From positions 13,082,001 through 13,146,000 of the forward strand of contig CATNEN010000039.1 of NCBI GenBank assembly GCA_950097015.1: a DNA stretch of 64,000 nucleotides, given 5' to 3'. The notes beneath the pieces are model-generated. The model was not told the DNA's origin and did no database searches. It saw nothing but the letters and a program-made list of their open reading frames with translations. This DNA comes from Macrostomum hystrix. Lineage: Eukaryota; Animalia; Platyhelminthes. Below, in pieces: positions 38,201-51,400 of the stretch (positions are counted from its first letter, which is position 1; the number at the start of each line of letters is the position of its first letter). Position numbers and translations under genes: made by a program.

Positions 38201-41200
38201 TCTTTAATGTCCTTTTTCTCCTCTCCTCTCCTCTCCTCTCCTCTCCTCTCCTCTCCTCTCCTCTCCTCTCCTCTCCTCTCCTCTCCTCTCCTCTCCTCTC
38301 CTCTCCTCTCCTCTCCTCTCCTCTCCTCTCCTCTCCTCTCCTCTCCTCTCCTCTCCTCTCCTCTCCTCTCCTCTCCTCTCCTCTCCTCTCCTCTCCTCTC
38401 CTCTCCTCTCCTCTCCTCTCCTCTCCTAAATCCCTATTCAAACTCTTCCCTCCCATAGTTATTCTTCCCACACAATTGTCATGTCTCCATATCCTCTTCC
38501 TTCTCTACCCTCTCGTTCGCTCTCCGTCTCACTCCCCGGTTACTAGCCGCGCCTGTCCCTCACTCGCCGCCCTGTTTATTCAGCCACCTACGGTTCGCAT
38601 CAACAGCCTTAGTCAGATGCAGGTCATGCAAATCAAACAAAAATCTTTGTGAGAAAAAAAATTCATTCTCCCTTTCTCTCACCCTCTTCGTCCTTTGAGC
38701 CCTTCTTCTTCTTTGGAGACTGAAAAGCAAAATCAAGTCGGGCATAAAAGCTTGAAAGAATCGAACATTACTTTTCAGTTTTAAAAAATAGTAACTTATA
38801 CTAAAAGCAAAAGTGCACCCTGTTTTAGGTTTGGCTTAGAAAATGGGAAAAGATAAGATGGTGGAAGAGAGTGCGATATCACTTTGAGTACATCGTGAGC
38901 ACTGCGTCCCCTTTAGCCTCCTTGTCAAGTCCTCTTTCATCTTCATTTGGATCTTCAATCCAGGTCTTCTTACACACAGTCTCTGCCTTCGGGCAGTTCT
39001 CGCATTTTCAAGCATCAATTTTTCACCTGAAAAAAATAATTTTTTTCCTACCCAGTATTTGCTAGAATGCCTCAAATTTCTAATAATGTATCATATGCCT
39101 TTCTAAGAGATTTTGTTTGGCAGTTTGATCTTTGAATTGAATTTACTAATGGGATTCAAACAATTCTCATCAATCTACTCGGATAATCTTATTAATCTAC
39201 TCAACAAATTTATCAATCTACTCAACAAACTTATCAATCTACTCAACAAATTTATCAATCTACTCAACAAACTTATCAATCTACTCAACAAACTTATCAA
39301 TCTACTCAACAAACTTATCAATCTACTCAACAAATTTATCAATCTACTCAACAAAATTATCAATCTACTCTAAAAAGCTAATCAATCCACTCAACAAGCT
39401 TGTCAAATTACTCAACAAAGTTATTAATCTACTCTACAAATTTTATCATTATACTCTACAAATCTTATCAGCCTACGCTACAAATCTTATCAGTCTACTC
39501 TACAAATCTTATCAGCCTACTCTACAAATCTTATCAGTCTACTCTACAAATCTTATCAGTCTACTCTACTAATCTTATCAATCTACTCTACAAATTTTTA
39601 TCAATCTACTCTACTAATATTATAAATCAAGTCTACAAATCTTATCAGCCTAGTCTACAAATCTTATCATTCTACTCTACAAATCTTATCATTCTACTCT
39701 ACAAATCTTATCAGTCTACTCTACAAATCTTATCAGTCTACTCTACAAATCTTCTCAGTCTACTCTACAAATCTTATCAGTCTACTCTACAAATCTTATC
39801 AGTCTACTCTACAAATCTTATCATTCTACTCTACAAATATTATCATTCTACTCTACAAATCTTATCATTCTACTCTACAAATCTTATCAGTCTACTCTAC
39901 AAATCTTATCATTCTACTCTACAAATCTTATCAGTCTACTCTACTAATCTTATCAATCTACTCTACAAATTTTTATCAATCTACTCTACTAATATTATCA
40001 ATCAAGTCTACAAATCTTATCAGTCTACTCTACAAATCTTATCAGTCTACTCTACAAATCTTATCATTCTACTCTACAAATCTTATCAGTCTACTCTACA
40101 AATCTTATCAGTCTACTCTACAAATCTTATCAGTCTACTCTACAAATCTTATCAGTCTACTCTACAAATCTTATCATTCTACTCTACAAATCTTATCAGT
40201 CTACTCTACTAATCTTATCAATCTACTCTACAAATTTTTATCAATCTACTCTACTAATATTATCAATCTACTCTACAAATTTTTATCAATCTACTCTACT
40301 AATATTATCAATCAAGTCTACAAATCTTATCAATCTACTCTACAAATCTTATCAATCTACTCTACAAATTTTTATCAGTCTACTCTACTAATATTATCAA
40401 TCAAGTCAACAAATCTGATTAATCAATTCCTAAGTTTAAAAGTCTAGTTTTCCTATGTGAGCCTCACCTACTTCAAGACTCACCTTAATTTTGTCGCGGA
40501 TCTTCAGCGAGCTAAACGCCCTTTTCCATAGGCCCTTAATACTGGCCTCGTCTTTTCTGTCGTCACTGTCCTCGTCGTCAGAGTCGTCTCGCTTCAAGTT
40601 GAGCAAATCCATCTTTGAAAAAAAATGGAAGACATTGCAAGTTGTTATTAAATTATTGATTGATTTTTTCTAACTAATTACACCTGCCCCAGTCAGGCCT
40701 GGTGTGCAGCCGACAGCACAGCCGCAGCTATTGCGCGGCGCATCTGAAGACTGCGTACAGCTGTTCTGTCCATGGACTGGGGGGACGCCACACCCACCCT
40801 CAATTACCCCGGCTAACACTGGTACCCATTTAACAGCTGAACTGAAGCAATACAGAGTTAAGTGTCTTGCTAAATAATACAGTTTCTTCCAGTGGAGTCA
40901 GGAATCGAACCCCTGACCTTCAAGTCTAAGTCCGACGCAGAAAACACTTGACAACAAACCCTATGACGATATGACATAATAGTACATACATAGGGTTAAT
41001 ACAAGCCGTAGCAATTCAATTTTTCTAGAACAATGTTTTGTTAGGCTTTTCATTTCAATTTTTGTTGCAGAATGGAGTGGGATCAGAATAGAGTGGGATC
41101 AGAATGGAGTGGGATCAGAATGGAGTGGGATCAGAATGGAGTGGGATCAGAATGGAGTGGGATCAGAATGGAGTGGGATCAGAATAGAGTGGGATCAGAA

Positions 41201-42447
41201 TAGAGTGGGATCAGAATGGAGTGGGATCATAATAGAGTGGGATCAGAATGGAGTGGGATCAGAATGGAGTGGGATCAGAATAGAGTGGGATCAGAATAGA
41301 GTGGGATCAGAATGGAGTGGGATCAGAATGGAGTGGGATCAGAATGGAGTGGGATCAGAATAGAGTGGGATCAGAATAGAGTGGGATCAGAATGGAGTGG
41401 GATCAGAATGGAGTGGGATCAGAATAGAGTGGGATCAGAATGGAGTGGGATCAGAATGGAGTGGGATCAGAATAGAGTGGGATCAGAATAGAGTGGGATC
41501 AGAATGGAGTGGGATCAGAATGGAGTGGGATCAGAATGGAGTGGGATCAGAATGGAGTGGGATCAGAATAGAGTGGGATCAGAATAGAGTGGGATCAGAA
41601 TGGAGTGGGATCAGAATGGAGTGGGATCAGAATAGAGTGGGATCAGAATGGAGTGGGATCAGAATGGAGTGGGATCAGAATGGAGTGGGATCAGAATGGA
41701 GTGGGATCAGAATGGAGTTGGATCAGAATGGAGTGGGATCAGAATGGAGTGGGATCAGAATGGAGTGGGATCAGAATAGAGTGGGATCAGAATGGAGTGG
41801 GATCAGAATAGAGTGGGATCAGAATGGAGTGGGATCAGAATGGAGTGGGATCATAATAGAGTGGGATCAGAATAGAGTGGGATCAGAATAGAGTGGGATC
41901 AGAATAGAGTGGGATCAGAATGGAGTGGGATCAGAATGGAGTGGGATCAGAATAGAGTGGGATCAGAATGGAGTGGGATCAGAATAGAGTGGGATCAGAA
42001 TAGAGTGGGATCAGAATAAATTGGGATCAGAATAGAGTGGGATCAGAATGGAGTGGGATCAGAATGGAGTGGGATCAGAATGGAGTGGGATCAGAATAGA
42101 GTGGGATCAGAATAAATTGGGATCAGAATAGAGTGGGATCAGAATGGAGTGGGATCAGAATGGAGTGGGATCAGAATGGAGTGGGATCAGAATAGAGTGG
42201 GATCAGAATAGAGTGGGATCAGAATGGAGTGGGATCAGAATAGAGTGGGATCAGAATGGAGTGGGGTCAGAATGGAGTGGGATCAGAATGGAGTGGGATC
42301 AGAATGGAGTGGGATCAGAATGGAGTGGGATCAGAATGGAGTGGGATCAGAATGGAGTGGGATCAGAATGGAGTGGGATCAGAAATAGTCCCTATAGCTA
42401 TTTTTGCTCCTCACGGAGAGGCCATCAGCTCCGCCTCTGACATCGCG

Positions 42448-42478
<31 letters not shown>

Positions 42479-45400
42479 ACGCCCCCGCCCCAGCGTCCAC
42501 CGTACGACGCGGCGGACGCCATGGAGGTCGCGCTGACGCCAGAGTCGTGGCTCTCGCTGCTTCGTTGATGCACTAGATGACCCGGTGTCAGATGCTGCGA
42601 CCGCGGCAGCGGCTGAGGCGACAGAAACTGCTGTTGACGATGCCGACTCTCTGGCTGATCGTCTAAGTCGTCAGCGGCTATTGAATGCTGCCGTGTGAGG
42701 TTCGGCCTCCTGGCTCCCAGCCGTCTAGTTACGAAATCTTTGAGACTCGACTGTCTTGAGGGTCCGTCGGCGAGACCTCTTCTTGCTGGGGCCGACATTG
42801 CTACTACTAATACTAATAATAGTCTTACTAGTAATTTGGGGCAATTAAAATGATGTCCAATAGCTTCAATTGTCCCAAGGTCGGCTATTGGGGGAATGAT
42901 TTAGCATCATTTATCTGGTGCAAGACCGGGATGGGAGAAATCGGTGGTAAGAGGAAAACACTCCCGTTTCTTGGAAGGAATGAAAAGCGATCGAGAGAGG
43001 GAGAGAGAGGAAGGGAGAATATTCCAGCAACCTAGAAACTTTTAGAAGGTTAGGTTGGGGTTTTTTCCTAACTTTATTATCGTTCGTGGATTAGAAGCGC
43101 TGTACGCTCGTACATCCTCGGTGTGCAGCCCCGGCAGTGGTTGCCGATTGTTGCAACTGTGGCAGAGAGCCGCAGTGATTTAGATTATATTTTCGGCTTC
43201 TATGAAAAAAATAATCAATGCTAAAGGCAGGTGGGTAGCACGGTGGGATTTAGCTAAAAATTAATTGGGTTTGAAAGAGGAATTAAATGTTTGACTGCGC
43301 AATCTGCTGGTGCAACTAATTTAGATTAAGATTAAGGTCATAGGCACATTACTCTAATTCCATAGGTAGAGTGGAAGGTAGAGTAGAAGTAACAGTGGAA
43401 GGTAGAGTAGAAGGTAGACTGGAGGTAGGGTGGAAAATAGACGGAGAGGTAGAGTGGAAAATAGACTGGGAGGTAGAGTGAAAGGTATACTGGGTGGTAA
43501 AGTGGAAAGTAGACTGGGAGGTAGAGTAAAAGGTAAAGTGGAAGGTAGAGAAGAAGGTAGAGTGGAAGGTAGAGTGGAAGGTAGAGAAGAAGGTAGAGTG
43601 GAAGGTAGAGTGGAAAGTAGACTTGGAGAGCTAGAGTGGAAGGTAGACTGGGAGGTAGGGTGGAAAATAGACTAGCAGGTAGAGTGGAAGGTATACTGGG
43701 TGGTAAAGTGGAAAGTAGACTGGGAGTTAGAGTAGAAGGTAGACTGGGAGTTAGAGTAGAAGGTAGACTGGGAGGTAGAGTAGAAGGTAGACTGGGAGTT
43801 AGAGTAGAAGGTAGACTGGGAGGTAGAGTAGAAGGTAGACTGGGAGGTAGAGTAGAAGGTAGACTGGGAGGTAGAGTAGAAGGTAGACTGGGAGGTAGAG
43901 TAGAAGGTAGACTGGGAGGTAGAGTAGAAGGTAGACTGGGAGGTAGAGTAGAAGGTAGATTGGGAGGTAGAGTAGAAGGTAGACTGGGAGGTAGAGTAGA
44001 AGGTAGACTGGGAGGTAGAGTGTAAGTTAAAGTGGGAGGCAGTCTGCTAGGCACAGACTTAAATCGACTGCTGTGCTGATAAAACACAGAAGCGTGAAAG
44101 ACTGCAGTCGGCACAAGATGATAAAGTGTTGCGATATCGAAAAACTGCAATCAGCGGGCGAATGCGTTCCTTCACTTGCACCAAAATAGCCTGCTACAGT
44201 AGATCAGCGAATGGAACACCGTAGACTATTCGCTTTAGCTCATCATTTTCGTTTGTGGCAATACCGATGTTTCAACCTCCCAAATTGGTGGCAATGCAGC
44301 CTCTGCCTACAAAGTAGTCAGACCAGATTTAAGAAAAAAACGAAGCATTCTTTCTTGGCTGCTAAAAGTTCTTTGATGTTCCAGACTGTGGTGTCTCGTT
44401 TTTTGGATAGAAAAAATCATTTTTTAAGAAACTAATTAGGCTCCTAGAAGAAAGAGAAATAATTTTTTTTTGTAAGAAAATTTATCAACGAAAAAATCTC
44501 CCTAAAATTTGGCTTCAAGAACACCTCAATTTTAGACAATTTTACAAAAATGGTTTAGAAAAAATAGCTTTTTAAGAAATGATATAGGACTTCAAAAACA
44601 GTTTCCGGTTTGAGGGATTGTGGAAACGATCAGATTTTCAAAGAAACTAATGGGTTTCCGAGAGACTTTGAGGTTTCTAAGAAACTATCAGGTTTTCCTT
44701 GAAACGATCATGTTTTCTAATAACAGTTTTTAGTTTACAAGAAGCAATTGGGTACTCAAAGAAACATTTCAAGTTTACAAAAACGATCCTATTTTCCTAG
44801 AAGCGTTACAGATTTCTAAGAAAAACCACGTTGTCTAAAAAGTGAGCAAGTTTCCAAGAATTTTTTAACGTTTTCAAGAAACGACTTGGGATTTTTAAGA
44901 AACTATCTTTATTTTTTCAAGAACGATCGGTGTTTTCATAAAAAGCAATAGGGGTTTCCAGTAAAGATTGTGTTCAGTTAATTTTTTTAAAATTATCATG
45001 CTAGCTTTTTCCAAACAAAAAGTTGCTAAAAAATCTCGGCCTTTCTGGCCAAAAAAGCATTGCTTCAAAATGTAACCAAGCCAAAGAAGAAAGCTTTGAA
45101 ATAATCTGTAACATTCCCTTGTGCTGCTCGGCGAGTTTCAAAACTTCCTTGCGTGTCTGCGCCATTCGCTAAAGTGCAACATAGGCCCATCTTTCACTTC
45201 ACTGTCTCATCCATCTGAGCAGTGCTCAGTCCTGCTCAATACGGCCTGCACCTTGCTCTAATCAATAATTTAGGAACAGCCAAAGGCCCAAGCAGAAATG
45301 TAGTTTCCAGTTTTTTTGCAACTTACACGCGCCTTTCATGCTTCATAATAGAGGCGCCTAAAGCATATAGCGAGCAGCGGCCCATTGCACGGGTCTGCGC

Positions 45401-48400
45401 CGCAATACACCAGGTAATTTTTGTGCCTAATCGCACTGCTCATTAGCAACACACATTTAGGACCACGGCCACACAAGTACTAAGCAAAATCTATAGCGTA
45501 GAAACTTGGGAACTCAATATGGGGATTGGGGTTGCAGGGATGATCGTATAGTTTGCGCTGAAGTACCTGTAGACATTGTGGCCAAATTAGAAATACGAGC
45601 GGCACTAATAGAAATATATATTTCTGTTTGGCCTGGCTGATGCTAAATGCTTAATTCCTATTAACTATAGTTGACTCGAGAATTCATTTCTATTGGGCTA
45701 TTGCTGGCTCACTCGATTTTCGCAGAGGAAAATAGACGGGAGAAGAGAGTGGGGAATAGACGGGAGAAGCGAGTGGGGAATAGACGGGAGAAGAGAGTGG
45801 GGAATAGACGGGAGATGTGAGTGGGGAATAGACGGGAGAAGAGAGTGGGGAATAGACGGGAGAAGAGAGTGAGGAATAGACGAGAGAAGAGAGGGAGGAA
45901 TAGATGGGAGAAGAGAGTGGGGAATAGACGGGAGAAGAGAGTGGGGAATAGACGGGAGAAGAGAGTGGGGAATAGACGGGAGAAGAGAGTGGGGAATAGA
46001 CGGGAGAAGAGAGTGGGGAATAGACGGGAGAAGAAAGAGGGGAATAGATGGGAGAAGAGAGAGGGGAATAGACGGGAGAAGAGAGAGGGGAATAGATGGG
46101 AGAAGAGAGTGGGGAATAGACAAGAGAAGAGAGTGGGGAATAGACGGGAGAAGCGAGTGGGGAATAGACGGGAGAAGAGAGTGGGGAATAGACGGGAGAT
46201 GTGAGTGGGGAATAGACGGGAGAAGCGAGTGGGGAATAGACGGGAGAAGAGAGTGGGGAATAGACGGGAGATGTGAGTGGGGAATAGACGGGAGAAGAGA
46301 GTGGGGAATAGACGGGAGAAGAGAGTGAGGAATAGACGAGAGAAGAGAGGGAGGAATAGATGGGAGAAGAGAGTGGGGAATAGACGGGAGAAGAGAGTGG
46401 GGAATAGACGGGAGAAGAGAGTGGGGAATAGACGGGAGAAGAGAGTGGGGAATAGACGGGAGAAGAGAGTGGGGAATAGACGGGAGAAGAAAGAGGGGAA
46501 TAGATGGGAGAAGAGAGTGGGGAATAGACGGGAGAAGAGAGAGGGGAATAGACGGGAGAAGAGAGAGGGGAATAGATGGGAGAAGAGAGTGGGGAATAGA
46601 CAAGAGAAGAGAGTGGGGAATAGACGGGAGAAGAGAGTGGGGAATAGACGGGAGAAGAGAGAGGGGAATAGATGGGAGAAGAGAGTGGGGAATAGACAAG
46701 AGAAGAGAGAGGGGAATAGACGGGAGAAGAGAGAGGGGAATAGATGGGAGAAGAGAGTGGGGAATAGACAAGAGAAGAGAGTGGGGAATAGACGGGAGAA
46801 AAGAGTGGGGAATAGACGGGAGAAGAGAGTGGGGAATAGACGGGAGAAGAGAGTGGGGAATAGACGGGAGAAGAGAGTGGGGAATAGACGGGAGAAGAGA
46901 GTGGGGAATAGACGGGAGAAGAAAGAGGGGAATAGATGGGAGAAGAGAGAGGGGAATAGACGGGAGAAGAGAGAGGGGAATAGATGGGAGAAGAGAGTGG
47001 GGAATAGACAAGAGAAGAGAGTGGGGAATAGACGGGAGAAGCGAGTGGGGAATAGACGGGAGAAGAGAGTGGGGAATAGACGGGAGATGTGAGTGGGGAA
47101 TAGACGGGAGAAGCGAGTGGGGAATAGACGGGAGAAGAGAGTGGGGAATAGACGGGAGATGTGAGTGGGGAATAGACGGGAGAAGAGAGTGGGGAATAGA
47201 CGGGAGAAGAGAGTGAGGAATAGACGAGAGAAGAGAGGGAGGAATAGATGGGAGAAGAGAGTGGGGAATAGACGGGAGAAGAGAGTGGGGAATAGACGGG
47301 AGAAGAGAGTGGGGAATAGACGGGAGAAGAGAGTGGGGAATAGACGGGAGAAGAGAGTGGGGAATAGACGGGAGAAGAAAGAGGGGAATAGATGGGAGAA
47401 GAGAGTGGGGAATAGACGGGAGAAGAGAGAGGGGAATAGACGGGAGAAGAGAGAGGGGAATAGATGGGAGAAGAGAGTGGGGAATAGACAAGAGAAGAGA
47501 GTGGGGAATAGACGGGAGAAGAGAGTGGGGAATAGACGGGAGAAGAGAGAGGGGAATAGATGGGAGAAGAGAGTGGGGAATAGACAAGAGAAGAGAGAGG
47601 GGAATAGACGGGAGAAGAGAGAGGGGAATAGATGGGAGAAGAGAGTGGGGAATAGACAAGAGAAGAGAGTGGGGAATAGACGGGAGAAAAGAGTGGGGAA
47701 TAGACGGGAGAAGAGAGTGGGGAATAGACGGGAGAAGAGAGTGGGGAATAGACGGGAGAAGAGAGTGGGGAATAGACGGGAGAAGAGAGTGGGGAATAGA
47801 CGGGAGAAGAAAGAGGGGAATAGATGGGAGAAGAGAGAGGGGAATAGACGGGAGAAGAGAGAGGGGAATAGATGGGAGAAGAGAGTGGGGAATAGACAAG
47901 AGAAGAGAGTGGGGAATAGACGGGAGAAGCGAGTGGGGAATAGACGGGAGAAGAGAGTGGGGAATAGACGGGAGATGTGAGTGGGGAATAGACGGGAGAA
48001 GCGAGTGGGGAATAGACGGGAGAAGAGAGTGGGGAATAGACGGGAGATGTGAGTGGGGAATAGACGGGAGAAGAGAGTGGGGAATAGACGGGAGAAGAGA
48101 GTGAGGAATAGACGAGAGAAGAGAGGGAGGAATAGATGGGAGAAGAGAGTGGGGAATAGACGGGAGAAGAGAGTGGGGAATAGACGGGAGAAGAGAGTGG
48201 GGAATAGACGGGAGAAGAGAGTGGGGAATAGACGGGAGAAGAAAGAGGGGAATAGATGGGAGAAGAGAGTGGGGAATAGACGGGAGAAGAGAGAGGGGAA
48301 TAGACGGGAGAAGAGAGAGGGGAATAGATGGGAGAAGAGAGTGGGGAATAGACAAGAGAAGAGAGTGGGGAATAGACGGGAGAAGAGAGTGGGGAATAGA

Positions 48401-51400
48401 CGGGAGAAGAGAGAGGGGAATAGATGGGAGAAGAGAGTGGGGAATAGACAAGAGAAGAGAGAGGGGAATAGACGGGAGAAGAGAGAGGGGAATAGATGGG
48501 AGAAGAGAGTGGGGAATAGACAAGAGAAGAGAGTGGGGAATAGACGGGAGAAAAGAGTGGGGAATAGACGGGAGAAGAGAGTGGGGAATAGACGGGAGAA
48601 GAGAGTGGGGAATAGACGGGAGAAGAGAGTGGGGAATAGACGGGAGAATGATTAGTTCAGTAATCATGAAAGTGCATGATTAGTTTATAATTCTCACCTG
48701 CGCCTGAACGGAAGCCAATTCAAGAGCTTTCAGGCGAATTTCATTTTGACAACGCGACAGGTCGGCCTCGCACTTGTACACTTTGTCGAAACGCTGAGCT
48801 CGCAGGTGTCTAAGTTTGGAATTTTAGTGTGGCACAGCTAATATGTTTCTTACAAAACAATATTTTTTGTAATAAATTAAAAAATTAAGAATTTAACGTT
48901 CGTTTCCAAGAACTGTAGCTTGCAAAAAATACAAATTCCAAGAAAGAAAACTTTAATAAAAACTATTTCATATGAAACACCATTATAAGTTACCATGGTT
49001 TCCTAAAAACGAGATTTAAAAATATCAGCTAAAGAAACCAGCTTTCCAAGAAACTACGTTGCCAAGAGAAAGGGTTTCCAAGAAACGAGGTTTCGAAGAA
49101 ACGAGGTTTCGAAGAAACGAGGTTTCCAAGAAACGAGGTTTCCAAGAAACGAGGTTTCTAAGAAACGAGGTTTCCAAGAAACGAGGTTACCAAGAAACGA
49201 GGTTTCCAAGAAACAAGGTTTCCAAGAAACGAGGTTTCTAAGAAACGAGGTTTCCAAGAAACGAGGTTACCAAGAAACGAGGCTTCCAAGAAACAAGGTT
49301 TCCAAGAAACGAGGTTTCCAAGAAACAAGGTTTCCTAGAAACAAGGTTTCGAAGAAACGAGGTTTCTAAGAAATGACGATTTCAAGAAACAAGGTTTTCT
49401 AAGAGACAAGGTTACCAAAAAACGATGTTTTCAAGAAAGAAGGTTGCCAATTAACAAATTTATTTTTTTATCACAAAACGAGGTTTCAAAGAAACGAGTT
49501 TTATAAGAAACAGGTTTTTCCCCAAGAAACGAAGCCTAACAATTTCTTATTTGCCTATTTAAGAACTTATTTAAGTAACGAATCAAAGATCTGACATACA
49601 AAGATAATTTTTTTACAAAAACTGGTTCATAGGAATCAATATTTGGAAAAAACAAGATTTCGTTAAAAATGTTTCTTAGAAGCCACTGACTCGCAGTCCG
49701 AGAATCGATGTGCATACAAGCTAGAAAGTAAAGGGGAAACCCGAAGTAATGCATTGGTCCGGTGCTAATAAAATTATGGCATGCCAGCCGGCGTTTCAGA
49801 TGAGTGTCAAATGCACTCAGAACGTCGCGACACAATCTTCATCAAGATCCAGAACGGCTATCCTAATGTCTGTCTCGTGGGATTACTCAGACGGCTGGGG
49901 AAAAAAACTGACTGAATAAAAGGAGCAAGAAAAATGACTGGCCCAAAGCAAATCGCTGGAAAGCAAATTAGCGCTTGCGATTCAAGAGATTCAGAAATTC
50001 GAATCCCCGATGGACACTTTCGGCATGTCTGTTGTCATTTTTGATGTCCTATTTTATTGCATCCAAAAAGTGTGCGCGTCTAACAAAGTAAAATGGTGTC
50101 AAATCATTCATCGGGGGGTATTTTATTAGAAGCGGTTGTCTTGTTTAATAACAGACTGCACTTCAGAAGAACAGAGCCATTTTTAACGAAAACTGTGTCT
50201 TTCTTAGAAATAAATATTTCAAAGAAAAAGAGCATTTTGTTTTTTAAACTGTAGTTTTCTTACAAAAAAGGTTTTCTAAACTGTGTATTTCTTAAAAAAC
50301 ATGTATTTCTTGGAAAATCCGTGTATTTCTTAGAAAAACCGTGTATTTCTTAGAAAACCGTGTATTTCTTAGAAAACCGTGTATTTCTTAGAAAACCGTG
50401 TATTTCTTAGAAAACTGTGTATTTCTTAGAAAAAAAACTATGTATTCTTAGAAAAACTGTGTATTCTTAGAAAACTGTGTATTTATTAGAAAAACTTTTT
50501 CTTTCTTAGAAATTTATGTTTCTTAGGAAACGGTACCTTTGCATTGAACAGGGTTTCCTTCAATAGAACAGGGTATAATTAAAAGAGCAGGGGGTCGTTC
50601 AATAGAGTTTTTTAGTCAGGCGTCTGTCCATTAAACGGAATGCACTTTAAGGCAATATCACAAAGCCATTGATTATAGATGGAAACAGCTCAAATTTCTG
50701 AGAAGTGGCCCTAAAGAAATTGCAAGCACAAAGACAGGGATACCCTCTTACTCGAATTACTTAACATTCAATATCGAATGTGATGTACTTTAAATTTGAA
50801 ATTAGGATATTCTAGGAAAACAATTGGAAATTTCTTAGAAACGTTCTTACCGGAGTTTTTTAAAATGAACAAAAAATACAAAATATGATAGAATCTAAGA
50901 GGTGCGCTTTTAATTAGCTCTATCTCTCTCTGTGCGTGTTTAGTCTCCTCAAAATTATGAGTTAGACAGTTTTGAGTAGACCAAATAGGAAACAGATGCC
51001 ACCACCAGTTTTGAGTTGCCTCAGGTCGGATGGGGGTTGGAGGACGACCCAGCGAGCCAACCAGCAAACTAGCATCGGATTGGAAGGCTTAAAAAACCGA
51101 ATCTTCTATCTATAGGATGCCTTGGGGCATTGTGGAAATTTATTGACCTAAAATTCTACGGATTCTAGACCCAAAAAATCTAAGGATTCTTGACCTTAAA
51201 ATGTAGGGATTCTTGACCCAAAAATCTAAGGATTCTTGACCTTAAAATGTAGGGATTCTTGACCCAAAACAGCTAAGGATTCTTGACCCAAAAATCTAGG
51301 GATTCTTGACCCTAAAGTCTAGAGACTTTTTACCAATAAATCTAGGGATTCTTGACATAGAAGTCTTCGGATTTTTTTACCAATAAATCTAGGGATTATC

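Noticed and set aside
45100-45720. Terminal exon for a stand-alone F-BAR gene
   Set aside because: Candidate acceptors are weak and give only a few codons before a stop; joining to exon 40612 fits better. Not fully excluded.
45698-48667. 989-aa ORF as a real gene
   Set aside because: Entirely a 24-bp tandem repeat with no stop in that frame; intronic, no unique coding sequence.
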